A DNA stretch of 62,393 nt, taken from the NCBI GenBank assembly GCA_001788015.1, contig MFZO01000044.1, positions 1 through 62,393 on the forward strand. Reading direction: 5' to 3'. Positions within the stretch are counted from its first letter, which is position 1. The number at the start of each line of letters is the position of its first letter. A model generated the notes under the pieces. That model saw only the letters and a program-made list of their open reading frames with translations, searched no databases and had not been told where the DNA came from. Shown piece after piece: positions 10,369 through 20,581 of this stretch. Made by a program: the position numbers and the translations under genes. This DNA is from Candidatus Roizmanbacteria bacterium RIFCSPHIGHO2_02_FULL_38_11. Its GTDB lineage: Bacteria; Patescibacteriota; Microgenomatia; UBA1406; GWC2-37-13.

Positions 10369-10399
10369 TTTATCTCAATTTTTAAAGTATTTATTTACT

Positions 10400-11242
10400 A
10401 TGAATATAACGGTTATTGGACATGTTTGTATTGATAATAATATTTCTGAAAATACTACTTATACTTCGGCCGGGAGTCCGGCTATGTTCATGACAAAAGT
10501 TTATAAAAATTTTCCTGAAGTAAAAATTAATATCATTGCTCCATATGGGAAAGATTTTCTACCATATTGTAAAGATATAAATATATATCCTAAAAAACCA
10601 ATCGGGGACTGGACTTTAATTTACGAGAATAAATCTAAAGGTAATATCAGGACTCAAAAAGCTTTGAATCGACAATCTGCAAAATCTATCCCAATCGATA
10701 AAGAATTTAAAACAATTATCGCAAGTAGCGACGTGATTTTTTTTGCTCCCATAACCCCTGATTTTTCGATAGATTATGTAGAGAATTTTATAACTCTAGC
10801 AAAAAAAGATTCAGTAAAAATTCTTATTCCGCAAGGTTATTATCGGAATTTTGATAAAGATGATAATGTGATTCAAAGAGACTTTATAGAAGCAGAAAAG
10901 TTGATTCCACTATTTGATTTTGTTATTGTTTCTGACCAAGATCATAAAGATATCAATAATATTGCCAAAAGTTGGGCGGGAAAAACTAATGTAATAATTA
11001 CTATGGGTGATAAAGGAGCGATGCATCTTTATAGAAGTAATTCCATTTTTGCTCCTGTTGATCCAGTTAAACCTGAGGATGTTGTAGACTCTGTAGGATC
11101 TGGGGACATTTTCAGCGCAGCTTTTGGATATAAATTTTTTTTAACAAAAAACATAAAGCAGTCATTGGAATTTGCAAACAATATTGCACGTCAATGTTTA
11201 TTTTATCCTTCAAATAATCTTCAATTTACACTCCCCAACTAA
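10400..11242 (+). CDS. PfkB-family carbohydrate kinase
   Basis: ITMGDKGA and VDSVGSGDIFSAAF PfkB signature. Confidence 0.9.
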   Translation: MNITVIGHVCIDNNISENTTYTSAGSPAMFMTKVYKNFPEVKINIIAPYGKDFLPYCKDINIYPKKPIGDWTLIYENKSKGNIRTQKALNRQSAKSIPIDKEFKTIIASSDVIFFAPITPDFSIDYVENFITLAKKDSVKILIPQGYYRNFDKDDNVIQRDFIEAEKLIPLFDFVIVSDQDHKDINNIAKSWAGKTNVIITMGDKGAMHLYRSNSIFAPVDPVKPEDVVDSVGSGDIFSAAFGYKFFLTKNIKQSLEFANNIARQCLFYPSNNLQFTLPN

Positions 11243-11283
11243 AAAACTGTAAATAACATTGTATAATCTAAATTAACAAAATT

Positions 11284-11619
11284 ATGAAGCTTATTTTAAA
11301 TCTTCTGGTAAATGGGTTTGCTGTTTTTGTGGCTGATTATTTTTTGTCCGGTGTGAAGGTTGACAGTTTTCTTACAGCGGTACTTGTCTCAATTGGTTTG
11401 GGAATTGTAAATACATTTATAAAGCCGATTGTGCTTCTTATGACTTTGCCTTTCAATATAGTAACACTTGGATTATTTACCTTTGTTATCAATGGGATGA
11501 TGGTTATTTTAGTAAGTACATTTATCCCGGGATTTGTTGTAGAGAACTTCGGCTGGGCGATGCTCTTCAGTCTTGTGCTGTGGGCGGTAAATTTTTTCCT
11601 TCACTCTTTAACAAAGTAA
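11284..11619 (+). CDS. 4-TM phage-holin-family (YvlD/DUF360) membrane protein
   Basis: NTFIKPIV..TLPFNIVTLGLFTFVING signature. Confidence 0.9.
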   Translation: MKLILNLLVNGFAVFVADYFLSGVKVDSFLTAVLVSIGLGIVNTFIKPIVLLMTLPFNIVTLGLFTFVINGMMVILVSTFIPGFVVENFGWAMLFSLVLWAVNFFLHSLTK

Positions 11620-11624
11620 AGAGT

Positions 11625-13418
11625 TCATTTCTCTCTAAAATATCTTTCGGCTTGAAGAGTGTAGAGAGTTGCGTATTTTGCTTTATTTTTCATCAAGGTT
11701 TCGTGATTTCCATCTTCAATTATTTTTCCCTTATCGATTACCACTATTCGACTAGCGTCTTTTATGGTTGAAAAGCGGTGTGAAATAAATATAACAGTCC
11801 TGTTTCTTGTTTCTTTATTTAATCGGTCGAAAATCTCCGTTTCCGCTTTTGCATCGACGGAGGAGGTTGGTTCATCCAGAATCAAAATCGGAGTTTTTCT
11901 AACCAAAGCTTTTCCAATAGCCAGCTGTTGCCACTGACCTCCTGAAAGATCAACCCCATCCGTATAATTTGATCCAAGTTGTTGGTCTAATTTTTTGGGA
12001 AAATTATTTACGTATTTCCAGGCGTTAGAAAGTTTTAGCCCTTTAATATATTCCTCATCGGTTAGTTTAGCACCTGCTCCAAGTTCCATATTCTCTCTAA
12101 CTGTTAAATAAAATTTTCCAAATGTTTGGAAGAGCGCTGAATAAGTTTTAAATAAAATATTTTCAGGGATATTTTTAAGGTCTATTCCATTTAAAAGAAT
12201 TCTTCCTTCGGTTGGATCATAAACTCGAAGAAATAGTTTGACAAGCGTTGTCTTTCCCGCTCCATTTTCACCGATGATGGCAATGTTTTGACCGGGAGGA
12301 ATTGTGAAGTTAATATTTTTCAAAACAATCTTGGCCGCATTTGGATAATGAAAGGAAACGTTTTCGACGGTAATTGTTGGGTTTTTTATTTTTTCTAATA
12401 TATTTTTTTCTAGAGAAATGCTTAATTTCGGAAAATTAATATTTCTTTTTATGTTGTAATAATCAATCGCATCGTGGATAAAGTGACTGTCAGAAATTAG
12501 CGCTTCTAGAAAATAGGCCAAGTTCCAAAGCGCGCCGTTAAAAACTATAATATTGCTGAAAAGAAAAATAAAAGTACCTGTTGAGATAATATGATTATTT
12601 AATTGGATAACGATCGTAACTAAAAATAGAAAAGAGGCAAAAACTGGTATCATTTCTACGAAAGTTAAATTCAACCAAGCCTGCTTAAATAGGTTTTTCT
12701 GTTTTTGGGAGAAAATGTCATAGATAGACAGGAGCTTATCCTTTATGAAGTTGAACCCTTGAAACTGTTTGATCTCGATCAAAGTATCTCTTTGAGTAAC
12801 CAATGATGAGGTATATTCAAATCGGCGCCTTGTTTCTGAATCCGCCTTGTAAATATTGAATGTTTGTTCTCCAAATTTAGACTTTACAAGAATTGGGATT
12901 ATATTAGCGATGATGATCAAAATTGCACTTACCGGAGATGCGATAAAAAAAATTAAAACAGATATAGAAAGCTCTACTGATTTTTCTAGCAGTTTTATTG
13001 CAGAATTAAGATAGTATTTTAATTGCCAGGGGATTCGATTAAAAGATCTCCAGATTTTATCGTAAGTTTGAGGATTTTCAAAATTAGAAAGATCGAGAGT
13101 TGATAATTTATTGATAAAATCATTTGTATTATAAACTGTTTGCTTGAGATCGATTATATTCCATAAATATTCGGCAAATTTAACAAGAACTTTATTAATG
13201 ATCGAATATATAGTCCAGAGTACAATTAAAGAAAAAATATTTAAACCGAGAATTGTTTTTTGTCCATTGGCCGTATCTATAACTTCTTTAAAAACAAGGA
13301 TATTGAATATCGAAAAAAGTGAGACAAAAGCAATCAGCATTACATAGATTATTAGCAGCACTCCAGAAGCTTTAAAGGTTCTTACAAATACAAATTTAAC
13401 CGCTTGAATTACTTTCAT
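11625..13418 (-). CDS. ABC transporter, fused permease/ATPase
   Basis: TM domain plus GENGAGKT, LSGGQWQ, ILDEPT, ISHR. Confidence 0.93.
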   Translation of the reverse strand: MKVIQAVKFVFVRTFKASGVLLIIYVMLIAFVSLFSIFNILVFKEVIDTANGQKTILGLNIFSLIVLWTIYSIINKVLVKFAEYLWNIIDLKQTVYNTNDFINKLSTLDLSNFENPQTYDKIWRSFNRIPWQLKYYLNSAIKLLEKSVELSISVLIFFIASPVSAILIIIANIIPILVKSKFGEQTFNIYKADSETRRRFEYTSSLVTQRDTLIEIKQFQGFNFIKDKLLSIYDIFSQKQKNLFKQAWLNLTFVEMIPVFASFLFLVTIVIQLNNHIISTGTFIFLFSNIIVFNGALWNLAYFLEALISDSHFIHDAIDYYNIKRNINFPKLSISLEKNILEKIKNPTITVENVSFHYPNAAKIVLKNINFTIPPGQNIAIIGENGAGKTTLVKLFLRVYDPTEGRILLNGIDLKNIPENILFKTYSALFQTFGKFYLTVRENMELGAGAKLTDEEYIKGLKLSNAWKYVNNFPKKLDQQLGSNYTDGVDLSGGQWQQLAIGKALVRKTPILILDEPTSSVDAKAETEIFDRLNKETRNRTVIFISHRFSTIKDASRIVVIDKGKIIEDGNHETLMKNKAKYATLYTLQAERYFREK

Positions 13419-13455
13419 AAAAATCAGTATACTACGATATTAAATTATTGAACTC

Positions 13456-14217
13456 ATGCAATTTAATTTAGTATTAAAAAGCAAGTCAGGAAAACAAATT
13501 TCTATCTTGGTGTTTGAATCATCTACTTCACCAAAGCTGACCTTAATAGAGTCGCATGGGGGCTATTTAGGCTCTAAGGAAAAAGTTGCCGAGGATAATA
13601 AAACACTTGTTGATTGGGCGCTAAAAAATAATATTAATTACATCTCTATCGATCTTTCAAATAACGGAACTCAAAAGGATCAGCCCGTAACAGAACTTAG
13701 ATATAGTCATCGAGTAAAGGACGTTGAAACGGTAGTTGATTTTGTTAAGGAAAAATATAATTCGCCCATCATTTTAATTGGTTCAAGTCTTGGAGGATTG
13801 ATTACCTTAAATGCTGCTGTTTATTCAGACAACATTAAAGGATTAATTTTAAATTGCTCAGCTGTGAAAGCCCATATTTGTATTGAACAGACAATGGATC
13901 AGTCAGAATTTAAAAATTGGAAAACAAAAGACATCGCTATAGTGTGGGGTGTGCCGATGAAGTATGACTTTTATCAAGACGTAGTAGATTTAAACGCGAT
14001 GAAAGTAATTCCTAAATTAAAGATGCCAATTCTTTGGTTTCACGGAACAGATGATATGACAGTACCTATTACTCAAGCGTTTGAAGCTAAACATAATAAC
14101 TCCAATATTGAGTTAGTTGATATAACAGGCGGAGGTCACCGGTTTGGAGATAAAATGAAACCAGGAGAATGGGAAGAAAAAGTAGAAAATTTTATTCTTA
14201 AAACTCTTAATAACTAA
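13456..14217 (+). CDS. alpha/beta hydrolase
   Basis: GSSLGG, HGTDD, GGGHRF triad pattern. Confidence 0.88.
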   Translation: MQFNLVLKSKSGKQISILVFESSTSPKLTLIESHGGYLGSKEKVAEDNKTLVDWALKNNINYISIDLSNNGTQKDQPVTELRYSHRVKDVETVVDFVKEKYNSPIILIGSSLGGLITLNAAVYSDNIKGLILNCSAVKAHICIEQTMDQSEFKNWKTKDIAIVWGVPMKYDFYQDVVDLNAMKVIPKLKMPILWFHGTDDMTVPITQAFEAKHNNSNIELVDITGGGHRFGDKMKPGEWEEKVENFILKTLNN

Positions 14218-14237
14218 AACCGCATTTTTTTAATCTC

Positions 14238-14266
14238 TTGACAGAACATACATTATGATGTATAAA
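14238..14266 (+). promoter_or_regulatory. sigma70 promoter with palindromic operator (TA operon)
   Basis: TTGACA-N17-TATAAA; ATACAT-N4-ATGTAT at 14248-14263 overlaps the spacer and -10. Confidence 0.75.
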
Positions 14267-14272
14267 TAAGTT

Positions 14273-14554
14273 ATGATCAGAACTCAAATATATTTACCAG
14301 AGAATCAGACAGAAAAACTAAAAGAACTAGCTTATAAGCAACATATTTCTGTGTCTGAGGTAGTAAGGAGAACTATTGACGAGAAAATTATAAAAACAAA
14401 GCCAAGTGTTAAGCAAAAAAAAACAATAAAAAAATATAAGAATGCCGGCGAGTGGCTACTGTCTATGGCTAGAGATGCTGAGAGAAGAGGATTTAAAGGA
14501 CCTAAAGATCTTGCAAGCAATGTAGACAAATATTTATATGGAGGAAAACAATAA
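14273..14554 (+). CDS. ribbon-helix-helix (CopG-like) antitoxin
   Basis: MIRTQIYL...ISVSEVVRR; GPKDLASNVDKYLYG tail typical of VapB partners. Confidence 0.88.
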   Translation: MIRTQIYLPENQTEKLKELAYKQHISVSEVVRRTIDEKIIKTKPSVKQKKTIKKYKNAGEWLLSMARDAERRGFKGPKDLASNVDKYLYGGKQ

Positions 14555-14972
14555 ACTTTTTATTGATTCAAACTTTTTTATCGCTCTACATAATCCTCTG
14601 GATGCTCTTTATATTAGGGCAAAGCAAATAGCAAATAAAATAGAAAGAAGCAAACTTAAAATCTATTCTTCAAATTTTATTTATCTTGAGACAGTAACGG
14701 TTTTGTCTCAAAGATCAGGAAAAGAGGTTGCAATTACTGCAGGTAAAAAACTGCTTCTGGGCGATTATTATACTGTCGTAAATATTAATGAAGATCTGCA
14801 GTTTAAAAGTTGGTTAATATTTCAAGAGATTAAAAGAAAAAATATGAGTTTTGTTGACTGTAGTATTTTGGCAGTTATGCGCAATATGGGAATTAAGAAA
14901 TTACTGACTTTTGACACGGCTGATTTTGCCGGTTTAAGAAGAAAATATTCATTCAGTTTTTTTAAAGCTTAA
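14538..14972 (+). CDS. PIN-domain VapC toxin
   Basis: FIDSNFFIAL, E, SFVDC, LLTFD acidic PIN tetrad. Confidence 0.9.
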   Translation: MEENNKLFIDSNFFIALHNPLDALYIRAKQIANKIERSKLKIYSSNFIYLETVTVLSQRSGKEVAITAGKKLLLGDYYTVVNINEDLQFKSWLIFQEIKRKNMSFVDCSILAVMRNMGIKKLLTFDTADFAGLRRKYSFSFFKA

Positions 14973-14997
14973 CAGCTTGGATCAATTTTCAATTAAT

Positions 14998-15831
14998 ATG
15001 ACTTTGTTACCGAATTTGGAAGAAAGAGTAAGTACAGAAGTTAGGAGCAATTATGAAAAGATAAAAAAAGCTTTAGATCTTTTTTATACGCCCTTATTTT
15101 TTACTTATGTTGGAGTCTTTCCCGAATACTTAAATTATCTCACCGATCAGCTCGTTGCCAATCTGCAAAATCCCAAATTCAATACCTTAATAAAAGAGAC
15201 AAAAGAAAAAATTTATTCGCTGATAAAATCAATTCTTTTCAAATCCGAAGAGATACAAGATTGGCTTAATCGATATGAAAATTCCCCATCTTTTTATAAT
15301 TTCCAGAAAGATTTAGAAAAGATTTTTACTGTTAATCTAAAATTAGTTTTTATTTTTATTGCACTTCGTGAAGCATTGAAGGGTTGGGCAGTAGCTGCTA
15401 AAAAATTGCCGGCTTCCAATATATCTTCGGGCCGGTTGGAGACTCCTTCAACAAAAGATAAAGATTTTATATTTGAAGATGCTTTGGTTTTGCTTCCATC
15501 TACTCGTTTCCAAGGTAGTCCAGATTTAGCCCAAAGCGAGAAAAGGGCAATCGAAAAAGATCTTTTGCCTAGATATATTTTTTTGTGCCAACAGGAATTT
15601 AATCAATTGATGAAAAAAGAAGAGTTTCTGATTTTACGAGGGGGAATAGAAAAGATTATCCTTTCAACGCTTCCTCTAATGCCTGAGAAAATTGTCTCTC
15701 CAATAAATATTTTTTATAAACTAAACGAGAAATATAGAGACTTTCCAGACTTATTGTATTTAATGTCTGAACATTTTCCTACCCTAGCCGTGCAAAAGAT
15801 GATGTTTTCAGGGTTCATGAAAAATTCGTAA
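14998..15831 (+). CDS. hypothetical protein, DehI-like N-terminus
   Basis: EVRSNYEKIKKALDL..PLFF...FPEYL resembles the DehI/AhpD-like start. Confidence 0.5.
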   Translation: MTLLPNLEERVSTEVRSNYEKIKKALDLFYTPLFFTYVGVFPEYLNYLTDQLVANLQNPKFNTLIKETKEKIYSLIKSILFKSEEIQDWLNRYENSPSFYNFQKDLEKIFTVNLKLVFIFIALREALKGWAVAAKKLPASNISSGRLETPSTKDKDFIFEDALVLLPSTRFQGSPDLAQSEKRAIEKDLLPRYIFLCQQEFNQLMKKEEFLILRGGIEKIILSTLPLMPEKIVSPINIFYKLNEKYRDFPDLLYLMSEHFPTLAVQKMMFSGFMKNS

Positions 15832-15852
15832 ATTATCTTGTACAATTCAGCT

Positions 15853-17013
15853 ATGAATGATCAGATTATCTGCCCGAATTGTAAAAAGCCGATTCCCCTA
15901 ACAGAAGCGCTTTCGCATCAGATACAGGAGAAATATCAGAAGGCTTATCGTCAGAGGTTTGAAGATGAAAAAATAAAATTAGAAACAAATTTGCGAACCC
16001 AACTCTCAAAAAAAATCAAAGAAGAGATGGAATTCCAGATGAAAGATAAAAGTGAAGAGATAGGAGAGTTGAGAAAACAAAATAGGACGTTACAGGATCA
16101 GTTGTTGGAGTTAAATCGATTAATGCGACAATTAAAGACAGAGAATGAACAAAGGAATATAGAGTTTGAGAAAAAGCTTTCCAACGAACAGGAAAAAATC
16201 CGGTTGGCAGAGCAAAAAAGAATCGATCAAGAATACAAATTTAAAATTTTAGAATATCAAAAGAAAGAAGAAGCGGCATTAAAATTAGCCGAAGACTATA
16301 AAAGAAAATTAGAGCAAGGTTCTCAACAGTTGCAGGGTGATGTGTTAGAAATAGAGCTAAAAAACAATTTAAAAAGAGAGTTTCCCTATGATGAGATTAA
16401 AGATGTGTCGACGGGGGTAAGAGGAGCTGACGTATTACAGATCGTCAAAAACAATTTTGGGAAATCTTGCGGCACAATTATTTGGGAGTTAAAACGAACC
16501 AAAGCCTGGAGTGACGGTTGGATAAATAAATTAAAAGAAGACCAAAGACGAATTAAGGCAGAAATAGCAGTCATTATTTCACAGACTCTTCCTGACGGAG
16601 TGAAACATTTTACTCAAAAAGATGGGGTATGGATTGGTGATTATGAAAGTATAACAGGATTGGGACTTCTATTGAGAAACACTCTGCTTGAGTTGTCGAA
16701 AGTCAAGTCATCTGTTGTTGGGAAACAAGAGAAAAAGGAGATTCTGTGGAATTATCTAACGAGTACGGAATTCCGTCACCGGTTAGAGGCAATATATGAT
16801 ACTTATCAGCAAGAGAAAGTTTATCTTGATAAAGAAAAAGAATTTTTCCGAAGAAAATGGGCGAGAGAAGAAAAAAATATCCAGCTTCTGATGGAAAATC
16901 TTTTAGGTATGCATGGTGACCTGCAGGCGATAATAGGAAGATCACTACCGGAGATGAAGGGTTTGGAGATGCTTCCGTCTGGTAAGGAGGAAAAAAATGA
17001 CACGTTATTTTAA
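15853..17013 (+). CDS. DUF2130 domain protein
   Basis: IICPNC..IPLTEAL, coiled coil, GSQQLQG, RGADVLQ, KRTKAWSDGW. Confidence 0.92.
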   Translation: MNDQIICPNCKKPIPLTEALSHQIQEKYQKAYRQRFEDEKIKLETNLRTQLSKKIKEEMEFQMKDKSEEIGELRKQNRTLQDQLLELNRLMRQLKTENEQRNIEFEKKLSNEQEKIRLAEQKRIDQEYKFKILEYQKKEEAALKLAEDYKRKLEQGSQQLQGDVLEIELKNNLKREFPYDEIKDVSTGVRGADVLQIVKNNFGKSCGTIIWELKRTKAWSDGWINKLKEDQRRIKAEIAVIISQTLPDGVKHFTQKDGVWIGDYESITGLGLLLRNTLLELSKVKSSVVGKQEKKEILWNYLTSTEFRHRLEAIYDTYQQEKVYLDKEKEFFRRKWAREEKNIQLLMENLLGMHGDLQAIIGRSLPEMKGLEMLPSGKEEKNDTLF

Positions 17014-17019
17014 TGTGGT

Positions 17020-17664
17020 ATGAAATCTCAGAATAAGCAATTTGATGATGCATTTCATATTGTTTCTCGACTTACAATCATCTTACCAATCGTTATTATT
17101 ATATTTGGTATAGCATTGAAGTTGAGCGGTGGAAGTTCCCAACAAAAAAGTTTCCTAGAATACAGCTTAACACCCACACCAACCAGACCTCAAAATTTTT
17201 TAGACAATTTAAGTATTTCAAAAAAATCTACTGCCTCGGCAAAATTCAGTCTAACAGGACCGCTTAATTGTTTTTTTGAAACCGATGCGGCAACAATAAG
17301 CGCGTATATTAAAGATAAAAAAATATATATCGAGACAAATGGAGAAAAGGAAGTTCAAAACTATCTTTTAAGCGGTGACTGTATCTATATATGGAGTAAG
17401 GGAAACTATTCGGGAGAGAAAATCTGTGGAATCTCACAACAGGTTGGAATTATAGAGGGTTTACTGACATCGAATCTTCTTGACTCAAGCTTTCTTGATG
17501 GAACCTTAAATCAAATATTACCAAATTTTCCAATTGGAAAATCTAAAGACATTTTAAGCTCTGTCCTGAATTCATGTAAAAAAGAATCCGCCAACTGGCG
17601 GACAAATTCTATATTATTTGATATCCCGAAAAATGTGTTATTTAAGAATAGAGCTATAAAATAG
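17020..17664 (+). CDS. hypothetical membrane-anchored protein
   Basis: N-terminal TM, PTPT linker, Cys-containing external domain. Confidence 0.7.
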   Translation: MKSQNKQFDDAFHIVSRLTIILPIVIIIFGIALKLSGGSSQQKSFLEYSLTPTPTRPQNFLDNLSISKKSTASAKFSLTGPLNCFFETDAATISAYIKDKKIYIETNGEKEVQNYLLSGDCIYIWSKGNYSGEKICGISQQVGIIEGLLTSNLLDSSFLDGTLNQILPNFPIGKSKDILSSVLNSCKKESANWRTNSILFDIPKNVLFKNRAIK

Positions 17665-17689
17665 AATATTTTATTTCTTAATAAGAAAC

Positions 17690-17846
17690 TCTAAATCCTA
17701 ATATCTAAATTCAAATGTTTGAAACAACCACACCTTAAATCCTCTCCTTAGTAAGTAGGGGACAGAGGGGAGGTTGAATGTTTTGAATTTTGGTAATTTG
17801 AATTTTGAACATTGTTTCGAATTTCGGGTTTAGGATTTAGGATTTT
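17690..17846. repeat. degenerate heptamer inverted-repeat element with central hairpin
   Basis: TAAATCC-like units on the left mirrored by GGATTTA/GAATTTT units on the right. Confidence 0.6.
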
Positions 17847-17861
17847 GTGTTATAATTATTT

Positions 17862-17983
17862 TGCTCTGGTTACTGGAGCGACTCGGTCCCACCCTTTCTC
17901 ATCCCGAACAAGGAAGTGAAACGAGTCAGCGCCGATGATACTGCCCGCTTCGGCGGGAGGGAAAGTAGGTCGTAGCCAGGGCA
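17862..17983 (+). rRNA. rrf: 5S rRNA (solitary)
   Basis: CCCACC..TCTCATCCCGAAC..GGAAGTGAAAC..CAGCGCCGATGATACT..GGAAAGTAGGTCG; terminal helix TGCTCTGG/CCAGGGCA. Confidence 0.95.
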
Positions 17984-18006
17984 TTTTTGTTATATAATAG
18001 TTTTTG

Positions 18007-18543
18007 ATGAATAATCTTCAAACTTCTCACAGTGTCTTACATGCATTTTGTGTCAAACCAGGATATAGATTCGAAACCCAGCACCAAAACGAACAGGTAC
18101 TTTTAATCCTTAGGGCTCATCCAATCACCCAACTTCCCTGGATTATCAACAGTCTTATTCTCCTCATCATATTAATTTTTCTTAACTTTCTTTTTCTCAA
18201 CTTTCTTACGCCTTCTCAGACGATATTTGCTAATTTTTTTGGTCTAGCTTTTATTTTTGCCTATATTTGGTTTAACTTTTTGAGCTGGTTTTTTAATGTT
18301 GGAATTATTACTAATGAGCGAATTATAGATATTGATTTCCATGCAGTCATTTATAAAGAGGTGACCGAAACCCGACTTTCAAAAGTAGAGGATGTAACGG
18401 CCAAAAGCGCAGGATTTTTTGCTTCGATTTTTAACTACGGTACTGTGTTTGTTCAGACGGCAGGCACAGAGGTGAATATAGAGTTTATAAATGTACCTAA
18501 ACCCTCGGAAGTTACAAAAATTATAAATGACCTTGTTCCTTAA
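18007..18543 (+). CDS. PH-domain (bPH_2-like) membrane protein
   Basis: 2 TM then IITNERIIDID...VEDVT...IFNYGTVFVQTAG. Confidence 0.85.
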   Translation: MNNLQTSHSVLHAFCVKPGYRFETQHQNEQVLLILRAHPITQLPWIINSLILLIILIFLNFLFLNFLTPSQTIFANFFGLAFIFAYIWFNFLSWFFNVGIITNERIIDIDFHAVIYKEVTETRLSKVEDVTAKSAGFFASIFNYGTVFVQTAGTEVNIEFINVPKPSEVTKIINDLVP

Positions 18544-18546
18544 TAT

Positions 18547-18786
18547 ATGGATTTTAATCAATTTATCATCTCAATCTCGGGACAAGATATTTTCAGTTTC
18601 TTTTTTAAAACATTCGCCGTTGTGTTTTCGCTTTTATACATAATTTATGCGCTGGTAATTTTTAAACAAACGCAGGTTATGACTAGAACGCTTGAAACCG
18701 AAGCGACTACTTTAATTCTTCTTATATCTTTGATACAAATAGTTGTAGGGATTGGTCTATTATTTATTTCACTTCTTTTGCTTTAA
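18547..18786 (+). CDS. small 2-TM protein (DUF5657-like)
   Basis: LYIIYALVIFKQTQVMTRTL pattern. Confidence 0.7.
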   Translation: MDFNQFIISISGQDIFSFFFKTFAVVFSLLYIIYALVIFKQTQVMTRTLETEATTLILLISLIQIVVGIGLLFISLLLL

Positions 18787-18795
18787 TTATTCCAT

Positions 18796-20559
18796 ATGCT
18801 ACAACCGAATTTTGCAGTTTATCTTGGTAAGGAAAAAGAAGGAGGATTTTTTGGTTTTATAGCTGAACGTAATTTATTTCTTATTATTGAGGTTGAGGAC
18901 GGAATTAATGCAGAACAAGGTCGGGAGATAGTCCAAAAGATAAAGGATGAAGCGGCAGCTTTCTCAATCGATAATTTAGCATCGTTTGACCAATTTATTT
19001 CTCAGATTGTCACTAAGTATAACTTTCCGTCTTCGTTTTCATTGGTAGCGAGTTATTACAATGAGAAGATCCTGTACTTGAAAACGGTGGGACAGGGTAT
19101 GATATTCCTGCACCGAGGAAGCGATTTCGCCCAAATTATAGAAAAAGATAACAGCGCGTCAGGATATTTAGAAAACAGGGATTTTTTTATTCTTACCACT
19201 AAGAGACTGATTGATGTTTTAGGTTCAGATATAGAATTGAAGACGATTTTTGATCATAAAAGTCCCGATGAGATAGTTGCAGATTTAACGCCTTCATTAA
19301 AGGAAAAAGATGATCAAGGAGCCATAGCTTTATTGATCCGGTTTAATGAGGAAGAAACAAGACAGGTTGAAACCATTGACATGAAGGAGCAACAAAAGGT
19401 TAATCCGCTTGATCAGATTAAAAATACCGGTAAGACTTTTTTTGGGATGTTTAAAGCATACTCTCAAAGATCAGGGAAGAGAAAGGTTTTCACCGTTGTT
19501 GCCATTGTCGTCATTTTTTTTGTCCTTATTTGGAGTGTGGTGTTAGGTTATCAAAGAAGAAATCAGGCAGAAGCGAATAAAATAATAAAGTCAACTAAAG
19601 AATTGGTAAACCTAAAGCTGGATCAAGCAGAAGAGGTGGCTTTTTTAAATCTTCCCAGATCTCTTGCGCTAATTTCAGAAGCAAAAGAAGAAGTAGGAAA
19701 ACTCAAAAAGCAACTTGGTAAACAAAAAGAGAAAGAAGTGGAAGAGCTTGAGCAATTAATTAAAGAAAAAGAAGGCAAGATAGTCAAGAAAGAAGAAAAA
19801 AAATATGAAGAGTTTTATAACCTAACTCTGGATCGCAAAGATGCTAAAGGCAATAAATTTTATTTAGAAAAGGACAACTTAAGCATTATAGATAAAGGAA
19901 AAGGAACGATCTATATTTTGTCTCTGAGTAAAAAATCGCTAGATAAAAAGAACGCTTCAGAAATAAAAAAGGCTAGCTTAGTTTCCACATATCAGGATTA
20001 TGTATTGTTTTACATTGAAGGCGAGGGCATATATAAAACATCAGCCGACGGAAAAACTAAAAAAGCGATAGAAAATGATAAAGACTGGGAAAGCATTTCC
20101 GATATTTGGATTTATAACGGCAACGTTTATCTTTTAGATTCTGGAAAAGGAGATATCTATAAATATCTTGTGGCCGAAAACGGTTATTCGGCAAAAAGTT
20201 CATATCTTAAGGATGAGGCGGGTAGCATTAAAGGAGCGAATTCTTTAGCGATAGATTCTTCTGTCTACATTGGATTGGATGACCGTATTATCAAATATAC
20301 AGCCGGAGCACGTGATGAATTTTCCACCTCTTGGCCGGAAAATAACGTTAAATTGACTAAAATTTTCACCAGCGCTGACGTTGAAAAAGTGTATGGTTGG
20401 GATAAAAGCAATGGAGCAATCTATATCTTAGGAAAAAATGGTACATATGAAAAGCAAATTAACTCGAGTATTTTGTCAAAAGCTTCGGACTTTGTAGTTT
20501 TCAACAACACCGCATATATTTTAGTCGGTGAGAAGATTTATAAGATTGAATTAGAATAG
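18796..20559 (+). CDS. conserved membrane protein: degenerate PP2C-like domain, TM, coiled coil, beta-propeller
   Basis: SASGYLENRDFFIL N-domain; YNGNVYLLD and LAIDSSVYI NHL-like repeats. Confidence 0.65.
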   Translation: MLQPNFAVYLGKEKEGGFFGFIAERNLFLIIEVEDGINAEQGREIVQKIKDEAAAFSIDNLASFDQFISQIVTKYNFPSSFSLVASYYNEKILYLKTVGQGMIFLHRGSDFAQIIEKDNSASGYLENRDFFILTTKRLIDVLGSDIELKTIFDHKSPDEIVADLTPSLKEKDDQGAIALLIRFNEEETRQVETIDMKEQQKVNPLDQIKNTGKTFFGMFKAYSQRSGKRKVFTVVAIVVIFFVLIWSVVLGYQRRNQAEANKIIKSTKELVNLKLDQAEEVAFLNLPRSLALISEAKEEVGKLKKQLGKQKEKEVEELEQLIKEKEGKIVKKEEKKYEEFYNLTLDRKDAKGNKFYLEKDNLSIIDKGKGTIYILSLSKKSLDKKNASEIKKASLVSTYQDYVLFYIEGEGIYKTSADGKTKKAIENDKDWESISDIWIYNGNVYLLDSGKGDIYKYLVAENGYSAKSSYLKDEAGSIKGANSLAIDSSVYIGLDDRIIKYTAGARDEFSTSWPENNVKLTKIFTSADVEKVYGWDKSNGAIYILGKNGTYEKQINSSILSKASDFVVFNNTAYILVGEKIYKIELE

Positions 20560-20581
20560 CTATATTCAAGTATTAAATCAT

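Noticed and set aside
11284..11619. Holin as evidence of a prophage
   Set aside because: This 4-TM family is commonly chromosomal; no capsid, terminase or integrase nearby
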